From Klebsormidium nitens (lineage: Eukaryota; Plantae; Klebsormidiophyceae), in the NCBI GenBank assembly GCA_000708835.1, contig DF237094.1, positions 62,001 to 126,000 of the forward strand: a stretch of DNA of 64,000 nucleotides, read 5' to 3'. Positions 48,501 through 60,026 of this stretch are shown piece after piece. Position 1 is the first letter of the stretch. Each line of letters opens with the position of its first letter. The position numbers and the translations under genes are program-made. Below the pieces are notes generated by a model that saw only the letters and a program-made list of their open reading frames with translations, had not been told where the DNA came from and made no database searches.

Positions 48501-50325
48501 AATTCGTTGCGCAGGCCTTTGCGCGCTTTCTTGTACGAAGAGGGCAACCTAGCGCGTGCGCGCCTCCTGTTCCGGCGCGCCACTCTCCCGGATCACGTCA
48601 CCAGCCCAGTTGGCAGGTTTCACTCTTGGGCTTTTATTCAACTCCCGGGTTCTTCTCGACCTTCTGACGGGCGGATCGAAAATGGTTTGTGCAGGCCTTT
48701 GCGCGCTTTTTGTACGACGAGGGCGACCTTGCGCGCGCGCGCCTCCTGTTCCGGCGGGCCACTCTCCTGGATCCACGTCACCAGCCCAGCTGGCAGGCGT
48801 GGGCGATTATCGAGTGGAAGGAAGGGAACGTGCCCAAGGCGCGGGAGCTCTTCCAAAAGGGCGTCTGGGCGGCGCCCGGGAACAACGCTGATGTCGTCAA
48901 AGTGTTCCAGGTGGGTGGATCGTTGGACGTGGCTGACGTTGCTGGCCGGAGGGTCCGACGTTGCTGGGGGGCTTCTGTTTAGGGCTCTGCAGGGCCCCAG
49001 AATCTCACTGACTTCTTCCAGCTAAACGGACAGCTTGACGCCTCCTTCCCTGTGACCATCTTATCATCTTATGAGGCAGCCGGTATGATGTTTGGACGTC
49101 GATTTCCAGTTAACGAGGCAAAGGCCATGCATAGACCACCAAGCTTGTACTTTGTCACCGCCCTCACTAAGTGCCGTCCGAAGTTGTGAGCGTCAGGGAC
49201 AGCAGCGGATGTCAGGCACATTGACGCCCATCTCAAGCGAAAGCGAAGGTTGGGCCAGAAACAAATACGAGCGTCCTTGCTTGCAGGCGTGGGGCGTGTT
49301 GGAGGAGCGGCAGGGCAATCTGACTGTTGCACGCGAGTTGTATAAGTGCGCGCTCAAGGCCGACCCAACGAGCGTCCTCACTTGGGAGGTGAGTTCTGGG
49401 CGCACGCGCGCATCGGTGTCTCGCGAGTGGCTTTCAAAACGGCTTGAGGAGTTCTTATAAGATCCAGCTTTGATTTGGAAGAGTGAAATTCCTTGTCGTG
49501 CATCTTTTCTTGGGAGGTGGATCCCGGCGCATGCGCACAATGCGACAATACGATAGTCTCGGCTCGCATCCATAAACATCTTGCAAGCAGACTTCAGGAT
49601 ACATAAGTCACCGGGTAGAAAATGATCGAGCGTGACGTCACGTGGATAGACGTGGGTGCAAACTGCGCAGCTGATTGGTTGCCAAGGATTCCAAAGCTTC
49701 CGAGTGATGCGAGTGGAATTACAAACGTCTTAGCCGGAGTCGTATGCGGACATAGCGTTGTTTGGAAGAGCTAAGCTCCTTGGTCGTGCAAATGGCAACT
49801 TATTGCAGGTTCCGCACCTTCTGAGAACGCACTTACTGACAAGGTCATCAGATGCGTGCCCATTTTCACGTTGGTTGAGAAATGACGTTCACAGTGTCGG
49901 CAGCAGTCATTTTGCCATCGTTCTCTTTTGTGATAGCTTTTGTGAATGTGTCGGAAGCCCAGCGCTCGTAGGCCAGATGTTCATTCAGTAGGAGCCTACT
50001 TCACCAAGATGCAGGAACGATTATTTTCATTTCACTCCGCCACCAGGTGGAAGATCGCAAACTACTTGGGTTTACTGAGTTAACCCTTCCCTTCTTCGCG
50101 CAGTCGTGGGCGCTGTTGGAGGAACATGTGGGGAACATTTTCCGTGCGGACGAGCTCCGGCGGCTGTGCATGCAGCAGCAAACGGAAGTCGTTTCCGTCG
50201 ACCTGAGCCTCACGGAGGTGCTCGCGCCGGCGTTTAGCAAGATCAAAGAGTGGTTCAATTTCAAGGACAAGATACCGCTTGACAAGCAGATTCGCGCGTC
50301 GAGGGTTAGGGTTGAGGACGATTGA
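42501..50325 (+). CDS. HCF107: Chloroplast half-a-TPR RNA-binding protein, HCF107/Mbb1 homolog (psbH/psbB mRNA stability factor)
   Basis: Long disordered first exon with a transit-peptide-like start. Later exons: LKINLDLDLYRARNL (44662-44793), CIKDFPEDGRAYCQLAKLLE...GENAYVWQ, ARKLFDAALVVDKEHAAAWHGWGKLE, ALWQAWALLEA, LLDPRHQPSWQAWAIIEWKEGN, QAWGVLEERQGNLTVARELY, SWALLEEH...QQQTEVV. The order and wording match Arabidopsis HCF107 as recalled. The exact 3' end is uncertain. Confidence 0.9.
45104..45169. repeat. Intronic 16-17-bp tandem repeat (GGAGACCTGAAAGAGGT x2 plus two degenerate units)
   Basis: Read directly from the sequence. Confidence 0.75.
46470..46810 (+). repeat. Two decayed downstream copies of an HCF107 exon 3' end plus donor
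   Basis: 'caaggccaagagcctgttcctgcgggggctcaagaactgccccaccaatgc|gtgag' (real exon, ends ~46531) recurs at ~46618-46676 with an intact GTGAG, and at ~46752-46803 in degenerate form. Confidence 0.85.
48178..48800 (+). repeat. Three decayed upstream copies of an HCF107 acceptor plus exon 5' end
   Basis: 'gcag|gcctttgcgcgctttttgtacgacgagggcgac...cacgtcaccagcccagctggc' (real exon, ~48695) has progressively more diverged copies at ~48515, ~48345 and ~48185. Confidence 0.85.
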
Positions 50326-51866
50326 AACCAGGTTTGAGTCGGAAATACTGTTGCCTCGCTTGGCTGCGGGGGCAGCACCGTCCGCTCCTCGAAAGTGGAC
50401 GGCAGTCTTGCTAGTGACTCTTATACAAGTACAATCTGATGGTTGCTTCACACGTGTGTGACTCGAAGGCTTTATGGGCATGTTTCAGCTCATGGTGGTC
50501 TTTCTTTGTTTTGCAACGTGCGCTTTCTGTCCACAAAGTTGCACAAGCTCTGAACACTGTTCTCAAAATGCTCGACAACCATGCTCGTGTCGGAGTCTAC
50601 TCTATAGTGATGGGTGTACTCACCTATGTACGATCGGTGTCACGGGTCAATTATTGCCTGTGCCTAGCTCAAAGTCTGAACGCTTCTTGCACAATGCTCG
50701 TTTTGATGTTGGTTTGCGCAGAGCATGCGTGCTCTTCAAACTTCCGATGCATGGTGTCCCAGGCCCGATCCCAATGCACGCTCAACTTGGCAACTTGGCC
50801 GTAGTCCCAGCTCCATGCTCATCATATATTACTCTCAAGTTTTATGAGCGATTCGCCTAGCGCCACCTGGCGCTTTGAAATCCTGATGCTATTTGTGACG
50901 CGCGGGTGACATGTCGTTTGAGTCTGTGACGACCCATGCAGGAATCTAGTTATGACGCGCGTACGTTGCTACGACCGTCGAAGCCGGCGCCCGTATCGGA
51001 TGCATATGACGTCCAAGCTGGGAAATCGTGGGGATCCCTCCGAGGTCCACGTCGTAGTCAATCATGACATATGCAACCTTTCAATGATGGTTCTGCCCAG
51101 CAGTATGCCTGGCAACGGCGCCTTGCAGTCACTGCAATAGGCTATACCTACTTCGCGGTGTGTTCCATCATGGACCAATGATGGGAATGGAGAGCGCTTT
51201 GCGTACAGATAGGGGGAGGCAATTGGCACAACGTCGGATCGAGGACTGCAGACTTCAGCATTTCGAATGGCGCCTGAGAATGTCAACTCTCTGAGCAGCT
51301 CAGCGCTCCTTTCTTGAACTCTTTGATGGAAAAAACTGCTGTCTCCTCACTCATTCTCAAAGACGCAGTACGTCCTTGCAGCTCACGTTGCCCCTTCATT
51401 GCGTCTCCAAAATCTCTGTCACTTTGCAGTTTACCATCTTGCGCCAGCTCATCCACTGAGAGTTGAAGCAGAATGCAGACAAACTTGCAGCTTTTTTTGG
51501 CGAAGCTTTTGAGCTAAAATCTGCTAAGTCCAGATGGAAACTGCTTCAATTGGATACAATTTAGTTCGTGAAGGGCTGATCCAGGTACTAGCTGGCTAGG
51601 GGGCTATTGGGAAAGGGGCCTAGGGGGCTCACTTCTGTGCCTAAGCCTTTCGGAGTTGGGTACAACAAACCCCGAGTACGAATTATGTTGGCGCCGGCAT
51701 CAGTGATGTGACTCGTTTTCAGCATCATACCCGTGCTGTTCCTCTCGCTGTTTGAGTCAACCTGAAGGGAGAGTTTGCACAGTTGCCTCAAATCAACAGA
51801 GAGTTGGATAAGGGCTTGGGAGAGCCCACAGCAATTGTTGCCAGCTGAAAGCGATGCGCGCAAGCA

Positions 51867-54300
51867 TGGATGACTTATCGGGAAAACAGCCATCAGCGCG
51901 CAAGATCCTGATACCCATCAGCGACTCTCCTGAAAGCAAAGCGGCCCTGGTATGGGCAGTCGAGAATCTCATCCGGAAGGAAGACCAGGTGTTGCTCTAT
52001 CACATGGTCAAGACGCCAACACTAATTCCCACTGCAAGTAAGTTACTCATTCCCAGACATGGTTTGTCAAAGAAGGAGTTGACTTTGGAGGGCAGCTGAG
52101 GAACTCAGGTTTGGAACAAACAGCTGTGCATTGATTGAAATATAGGTGAAGATGAATTAAATTCTTTTCAGCTCATGCCTTTCAAGGGTTTCTACGGGAT
52201 GAGTAGCATGACTTCAGTCCACCACCACGTCAGGTGGCATTGCAATCATGCCTCTTCTTTTCTCCAGATTGATTCAGTACCTGCCTGGATTGCTGGTTGC
52301 CAGATCCAACTCAAAGCTCTAGAGTTCCTCCCTTCTAGAGTTAGCATCAAAACTCCCGCCAATAGTTGCAGTATTTCACTCTTACAATGAAGTGCGCCAT
52401 TGCCAGGGCTTGGGCACACATGCAATCACGGATAGCAAGAGAAAGCTTTCTAGACAAAGCAATCGAATAAAGCATCAAAGACAAGTATATAAGCAAGTCA
52501 AACCTGCCTTGCAGTGGGAATGGTACCCTACTCGGGGGCCTCGCCTGCGATGCAAAAGGCGCACGTTCTAGTTGCGACAGCGGACGGGACCAAGTTGCTG
52601 CGCAGCTTGCAAGCCTACGGCACAAACAAAAAGGTGGGCATGAGGAAAACATATTGATTACATCATGCTAGCGTGATGACGGCAATAAAGTACGCTGGAT
52701 TGCTGTGCCCAGCTGTAGTTTGATTAACTGAATCCGCATCCCTACTCTTACATTCTTCATCGTCTGTAACACCGTTTCAACAAAATTTCATGGTTGTGTT
52801 GGTGTCTATGCTTTTGATAGTAATGCCGTCAGGGCCAGCAGCATTCGCCCAACTGTATTTATCCAACTTCGACCACACTGTCAAGTACATCCACTTTAGT
52901 GTACTGTTTTATAGGCCAATATGTAACCCATCTCATCTTTCACACCTTTCAAATACTTGCAGCATGGGATCCCCGTTCTCCGATCTGTCAGTGCCTTCCA
53001 AGCTAGGCAAGAAACATGCAAACCACACAAATCATCACTCCAGTCTTGAAAGTCCAGTCTTGTGTCCTTCCTCACATCCTTGGGGTCTTGTTCTGTGCAC
53101 CAGATCGATGTGACAATAGAGGTTGGACGGTGCGACAATCGACATGCAGAGCTACTGCGGAAGGCCAAAAAGGAGGCGGCGACGCTCCTGATCATGGGAG
53201 CTGGGGGATCCCCCAGATTCGGTCTGCGGTGGGTCGCTTTGTGCTTTTCTGGTTTTCAGGTCGTTCTCGATTCCCATTGCTCCTGAGACTTCTGGAACTG
53301 AGAAAGTTTTGGATTGCCCAATGCTTCCGAAATTGTGGGTGTCCTTATAAGCGGCTGCTTTCCGCTATGCTCAGGAGCTCTGTGCCCATTGGAGTTCTGG
53401 CGTTGGTAAAGTGAATGTTCGACGCTTGCGGGGGTTTTTCCATTTGACTTTGAAGAACGGCTTGAGTGGGGTGTGTCAGATAGCCTCAGCTCACCAGTTT
53501 GCATGCAGCTGGGTAAATGTACTTTGCCGTTGAGCAAAGGAAGCAAAGCCAATTCCTCCGTTTGTGACCGCTTTCTCTCTGATTGTACTTCTGGAACATC
53601 TGGGCTCGGACCAAACGATCGAAGCCCGTCTGTTGACTAAGGTCCCCTCCGTTCGAATACGCTTGTATCAAGGAAAGGAGGGCACAAGCAAAGCCTGACT
53701 TGAAACTGTCGTTCTTGCAAAGTTGTTCTCAAGGCAACCAGACTGACAAGCATCTCCACGATCAGACCCGCGTAATTTGACTTCAAAAGCGTTGGCTTCG
53801 TCCGAGAATGCAGCACAAAACAGCCCCGGCCTGTAGCCCTTCATTGCTAGCACGCGGCCCGGAGCGGACTTTCCACAGAGCACACGTTGGAATGGCAAGC
53901 AAGATCACTTTGAGTTCCATGCTACGACACAAAACGGCGACACCAAACGACACCAACGCGTCTAACAAGATGTCCAAAGCTCTAATCCTCGGTACTCCTC
54001 TTCTGCAGGTTGGGAAAAAAGCAAACCTTGTCGGCCCGCATCTGCCGGGACGCGGAGTGCCACGTCATCCTGGTTGACAAGAAAAAGCGCCCCACGATCC
54101 ACGCCAAATCTCCGGCGATCGAAAGCGTTGGCACCTCTCCTTCGGAACCCCGTGGGGAAGAGTCCGACAGCCGGGGACTATCCCCGGGGGGCGGTTTGGC
54201 GGGGATCCGGGCGAAGCTGGCCCTGGAAGTTCCGTCGGAGATAGTGCTCGGCGAGTTGGCGACTCCAAAGTTTGACGCCAGCCCAGCAAAGGCACAGTGA
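51867..54300 (+). CDS. Universal stress protein (USP-like) domain gene, spliced; may continue downstream
   Basis: Exon MDDLSGKQPSARKILIPISDSPESKAALVWAVENLIRKEDQVLLYHMV, exon IEVGRCDNRHAELLRKAKKEAATLLIMGAGG (~53105-53230) and exon KQTLSARICRDAECHVILV (from ~54010) follow the USP fold motif order. Confidence 0.8.
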
Positions 54301-54309
54301 GCCGCGTCT

Positions 54310-54612
54310 TAAACCTGGCTCTTGTGATCACCTAATCATTTGAGGTTTGGGAACCGTATGTTGTCCTGTTGGCAGTATCCGAAAATCTCGATAGACAATC
54401 AAAGACCTCGGACAGTGAGCTGCGTGTTAGCCTTTGATCACGTGACTGAACTTTCCTAAGCCATCCGAGGTTTTGGAACTGTATGTTGTCCTGCTGGCAG
54501 AATCCGAAAACCTCGGTAGACCGTGTTAGCTCTGGGTCTCGTGATTGAGCTTTCCTAACCCATTCAAGGTACGCTATCCTGCTGCCAGATTTCGAGAATC
54601 TCAGTAGACAAG
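54310..54612. repeat. About 2.5 tandem copies of a 100-125-bp unit
   Basis: 'gaggtttgggaaccgtatgttgtcctgttggcagtatccgaaaatctcgatagac' at 54342 recurs at 54467, with a partial copy at ~54566. Confidence 0.8.
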
Positions 54613-55044
54613 CAGATCTAACTGAAGCCCGTTGAAAGCTGTCATATGCTGTTGTAGGCATCCTTCGCGTTCGCTTCATTGGGGAGAAACGGTACTGATT
54701 TGCGCTCAAAGGGCTCTCCCTGCGGATTTCGTTGAGCTTGTGATGCACAAGGCGTGGAATCAAAAGTAGGCGCTTCTCTTTGAAAGCGTTGCAAAAGCGA
54801 TGCACGGAAACCGTGTAGCTCAAACGTGCCCTCGACGACAATCTATAAGGCCCTGCTCTTTACTGGAAAAGAGTCCTTATACCATCCATATCATTTTTCG
54901 TTTGTTTGTTCAGGACATTGGCCTTCTAAGTACAAGGGTTTGATTACGGCCCGATCCCTTTTCAGATCGTCCGCATCAATCTTTGCTAAGTGCTGATTCC
55001 CTTTTCTTCCTTCTTGCTGAATCAAAGCCGTTCGTCTTCTACAG

Positions 55045-58000
55045 GAATGCAAGTAGCGCAACCCTCCCGCCAACACCCATAAGTGACGCTGCGCTGAACA
55101 CTGCGCCCTTCAACCCCTCTTCCCCGGTCGCAACTCCCAGCGACTGCGTTTCTCTCCCACCTCAAACATCTTCGGACGGTGCGCGCTCACACACGGGCGG
55201 CGCGCGCCACGGAATCGGACGGCGCGCGCGCACCAGCGGATGGCGAGCGCAAAGAATCGGACACCCCGCGCGCCCAATCGGACGGTTCTCGGACGTGCTC
55301 TCAATCCCGAGAGCTCTTCCCGCTGCCCGAATGGGACGCTGAGGGAAGGGCGGGCAGAGACGCGGACGCAAAGTCGGAGGGGAAGGTGACCGGAAAGGAG
55401 AAGATGAGCGGAACGGGAAAGGTGGGCGGAATGAAAACTGAAGATGCGGTCGGAAAGGAGCACGGAACAGGGGGCGGAAGGGGCGAGGTGGACGGTGAGC
55501 CCGAGCGAGGTTCGGACGCAAATGAGGAGGCTAAAGAAAATGCGGACGTAGTTGCTGACATCACTGCCGAAGCTCAAACGCCTCCGCTGGGGCGCGCGCG
55601 CGCGGGTGGTTCCGACTGTTCTTCGCTGACAGGAGTTCCTCAATCGGATGGAGCTTCACCGAGAGAAAAGGAGGGGCGCGCATTTTTGGCGACGCCCCGG
55701 CCCTTTGGTAATAGACTGGACGCGATCGGGGTGCAACTACCCAGCCCGAAGACCGGCACTGTTCGAAATGCGAAGCCGCCGCCGGGACCGTTGGAGTCCC
55801 CGTTCTGCAGTCCCCGCCGTGAAAAGCGGCCGATTCCGTCAGCGAAGGCGCTGATCAACCGGGTGTTTTTGGCTCTTAACGAGGCCACCTCTGCGGGGTC
55901 CATTAAACCAGACCCGTTTTCAAAACCGTTTCTAAGTCCGCCGTCAAACCCGGTGTCAAACCGTCGCAGAAGCCCCGCTCGGTCACTCAGATCCCGGGGG
56001 ATCCCTCCGCGGAAGCGCGCACCGGCGGACGGTTCCAGAGAGTCCCCGGTCGTCGGTTATCCGTCGATCTGGACGTTCGTGAAACCGCAGGTTACTGCGG
56101 GCCCCGTGTTCGGAGCATTGTCCGAAAATCTGTCCAACGATCATCCAGACGAAACGTTGCTGGACGATCGTTGGACGTGTGTCAGAAAGTCGCAAGACAG
56201 TCGACGGGCGTCCGCAAGACACTCGCTGGACGGCCAGTTGCCAGACTTCGGGCGGATGTCCGCCGGAAAGGCGCTGAGCGCTCGCCAGCTGTCCGCCGGA
56301 CACTTCTCGGACGTTCGCTGGCTGTCACCCGGACAGCCTCCGAACGGTCGCCGAACTTCTCTCGGAATTTCGCCGGACGCCCGCCGAACCTTCCGTGAAA
56401 CGGCACCGGACAGCCGGCGGAATTCCGCCAGACGCTCGCCGGACGCTTGCCGGACGTCCGAGGGGCGTCTGGGACGCTCGCCGACACCGTCCGAAAATCA
56501 GACGGGTGCCGAACCGGAGGCCTTGATAGCGCGGCTGAGGGAGCAAGTCGATCTACTGACGGAGATCGGCAGTCTGAGAGATAGAGAATTCGAAAACGTC
56601 GCGAGCCGCGCGAAGCAGGCGGAGAAGGCGGCGGAGGAACGAGAGAGGTGAGCTAACTTTGTGGGTTGCGAGGTTTCGACGGATGAATTTCGACATTTTC
56701 GAAGTTTGAGGAAAAACAGCCACGAAATTCTCCTCTCTTTGACCCTGTTTGGCTGTCCTGGTCCGACGAATGTCCTGCTGCGTACTCTCGTTAATCCTAG
56801 AGGGCGCTTTGAAAAGTTGAGTGTTTGGGTAGTGTTCTTTGGGCTCATCAAGTCTTCCGCTTTCTTCTTCCTTTTCTTTTCCTGTCCTTGATGGGAAGGT
56901 CTGATTAGCTCTTGTTCTCTCCATAAGTTTTCAGGTTCGGCCATTTCCTTTCCCGGAATTCGACATTGGAAAGCTCCGCTGATTTATAGCAGCTCGGATC
57001 AACACTAGTACGGGTTCATTTGCGCCCAAGCCAACCCGTTCCGCTGACCGCTGTCCGCTTCCGTTGTCGCAGGGCGCTCCTGACGGAAAAACTGATGCGG
57101 GAGGAGGCGGAACTCAAGGCGAGGCGGCTCGCCAACCAGATGGCGGCGTTGAGAGTGCATGCATCGCGCGCAAATGCGGGCGCTGGTAAGAGAAAGTTGA
57201 CTAAAATAGGAATTGATTCTATCTGCGTGGTGAGCGTTCAAGGCCTTTACGCAAGATCGTCTATCGCACTTTGATAGGCGAAATCGTCGAAGACTTCAAT
57301 GCAACAGATCTAGACGAGCGCTCATAGCGCTACTGAAACGTGCCAAGTTGCGCGCGAGTACGAGAGGCGTTTCCGAAGTTGATGGTAAGTATCACTCGGA
57401 AGTGTTCGGACAAGTCGTAACAAGATTCCGGCGCTGGTAACTTATGAAAAGAGCTGGTGGCCACAGACGGTCCAATAGGCTTTGCCAAGGACGAGCTTTC
57501 CGAGAGCTCGCGAAACGAGAGGTTCCTGAGCGTGCTCCCACGTTTTCCAATGACGTTCGTTCTTCCGTGGAATTGGGGAAGAACAACAGGAGAAAACTGG
57601 TGCACGGGAAAGGCGAAGTCAGGGAGGGGGTGAAAAGGGGCGACTGCAGTATTCAAGGGTTTGTTTACTTGGCAGGGATGCCAGGTTGCACGCTTTTGTG
57701 AGCTTAGGTATCTCAATATAGAGGGCGGAAGATCGCGTTTTTCTAAAATTCTACTAACCCGTATGTTATTCAGGTATCTCCGAATGCATTTGGGTGCTCC
57801 AACTTGGATAGAATCTATTGTTCTCAGATTTTGATGAGTATGTTTGGTAATCAACTCTGGGTGCTTATATATAATGTTTTTAACTCGTCTGCGTAGATTA
57901 GATGACGAGGCGCTCATCACGTCGGTCTGGTTGCAGCGTACTCTTCCCAAACCTTTCGCAAATCGTTTGGAGTTTGTCGTTGACCAAAGCTGCCAACAAG

Positions 58001-58077
58001 CATGGCTAACCACAAAAAGTCCCCCCCGCTTAGAAGGCAAGGACATCTTTCACGACTTGGTGTACTGTAGGCACTAG
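55045..58077 (+). CDS. Low-complexity/coiled-coil protein-coding exons of unknown function, possibly the 3' part of the USP gene
   Basis: The 490-aa ORF 55179-56651 is Pro/Ser/Arg-rich and ends LIARLREQVDLLTEIGSL...KAAEERER at a GTGAG donor. The next exon is ALLTEKLMREEAELKARRLANQMAAL (~57072-57185). Further candidate exons run to ~58077 and are uncertain. Confidence 0.55.
56150..56495. repeat. Degenerate ~11-bp CGGAC/GTCCG-rich repeat array inside coding sequence
   Basis: Recurrent tcgccggacgc, gtccgccgga and ccggacagcc units about 11 bp apart. Confidence 0.55.
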
Positions 58078-59250
58078 AATCGAAGCTTGCGTCAATCTGG
58101 GGTTTAGTGTTCCAGCTTATTTTTGGGTTTAGTGTTCAGCCCATCCTTTACCTTTGCAGATCGAACGCATCCCCCACCGCGCCGGTAGTTGCCATCCAGG
58201 AGGGTTTTTCCGTTCCGCACCTCAGCATTTCCTGGAGGGAATCCGCCGGACCGGGACACTAAAAGCCGACCTTCATTTGAACCTGATGAATTGAGTCTTT
58301 ACATAGGAGTCCCGCCGTCGCGTCCTAAGTTATCCACATTGCGCGCGCATCGTCTTTGCAGCTTAGAGCTGATGTCCAAGCCATCCGATATCGCGCGCGC
58401 GCGCGCCCCAATCACGTGCTTTGATTCTCGCACATGTACTGACGAAGAATCTGTCCAACATCAACCTCTGTAGATTAACTTCCCGAGATCTTGGTTCATC
58501 AGCTTTGCAGGAGTCCACATTAGGATTCAACGCGAAACTTTGTGGGATTTACAGACTGTATTCTAGCATCAACGGACTGTTTTAATTTGGAGCGTCTTGT
58601 CGGATCAGTAATTCTCGATCTGTGCATGCCACCTCATGCCTGAGACAAACAACAACATGATAGCCTGTATGAGGCGCTTAACGCACTGGCATGCTTCAAT
58701 GACAGTTTCCATCTGCTGATATGAATCTGACGGGCTCGATGCCCGGCCGCACATGTCTTGTATAGTGTGAGTCAATTGGTTTGATTCACGATTCCACGCA
58801 ACAGCCGCCATGTTCAGGCTGACCGTGAACTGCGCAGGCGGAATCAGTAGGAGCCGCGCGCCAAGCTTCAAGGCTTCGCGTGCACATGTGTATCATGGCA
58901 CACGTATACCTAGCTCAGTGTTCATTGAAGATCGTTGGATCGCACATACGCATGCATTTCCTAATTGCGGCTAGCATCATTGACGGTGTGATTTTAGTGC
59001 AACAGAGGTCGGAGCTTGAGGCATCATCCCCGCTTCTGCGGTCCGCAGGCTCTGTATCAACCGTCTGAGTATGACCCCAACAATCAATTATGTCACGCAA
59101 GCTAAGCAATCGTTGAATGAACATGCTGCTCGATTAATTGACTATGTCCGGGAAACATAGAACCGGTCCACACGTTGTTACCCCCGGGGCCCAGCGCTGC
59201 TTGAGTCAACATATGCACCCTAAGGGATCTTTTCTGAAACGACACACTCA

Positions 59251-59354
59251 GTACGTACATACGAATTAATGATCAACTCGGGTGCGCCCAAGAAAATCAT
59301 GGGTACGTACAAACGAAAACAATGATCAACTCGGACGCGCCAAGAGAATCATGG
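59251..59354. repeat. Two tandem 52-bp units
   Basis: gtacgtacatacgaattaatgatcaactcgggtgcgcccaagaaaatcatgg / gtacgtacaaacgaaaacaatgatcaactcggacgcgccaagagaatcatgg. Confidence 0.85.
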
Positions 59355-60026
59355 GCATATGTTTAGGTCATTTTGGATGTCGTGTCTTGCGGGGCGCGGC
59401 GGGTGTCGAGTGTGCTAGTTGCTCAAAAGACGAGCAATAGAATGGCCAGTCACTGGCTGGTGTGCACAGGCAGCCAGTTTTCACATACACATAACATTTT
59501 AGGACGTTACGAAAGCGCCGCATGGTTGGCCATCGCTCAACAAATTACTGCTCGTTGTTTTAAATTTGGCAATGATAAAGTGTCCCTTTGGATGACGTGC
59601 CGCTTGCACAGCAATCCAACCAGTTTCGCTCGTTTCCAAGATAGAACCCGCGAATGTAGCAACCTCGTTTGTCAATCATGATTGCGACCACTTCAACACA
59701 TAGAAAACTGTCAACGTCCCACTGGTACTCCCTCTGTCAATTAAAGCCGGCTGCACCATGCGGCCTGCAAGAGCAGCATACTATCTCAATTCATCTGCCT
59801 ATGTGCTTCTCAAATGGAGAAATTAGAAGCAGTGCGTCAACAGTGTACCTCAACAGTGTACCTTGTGTGCTCAGTCGTGACCACTGAAACCACATTCTGG
59901 GAGTCGCGTTACATATGAGCCCAAAGAAAATTACATACAGCAATGGTCGCCTGCCTTACCTTGCTTTTTGGAGTAACAAATCAACCCAGTGTCAGGACAG
60001 CAAAATTGCAAGGCAGTTGCCTTGCT

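Noticed and set aside
57330-58046. 238-aa minus-strand ORF
   Set aside because: Overlaps probable plus-strand exons, has no recognisable domain and no splice support.
59360-59420. Possible Helitron 3' end (GC-rich stretch then CTAG|T)
   Set aside because: No convincing hairpin before CTAG, and no identifiable 5' TC end or Rep/helicase remnant.
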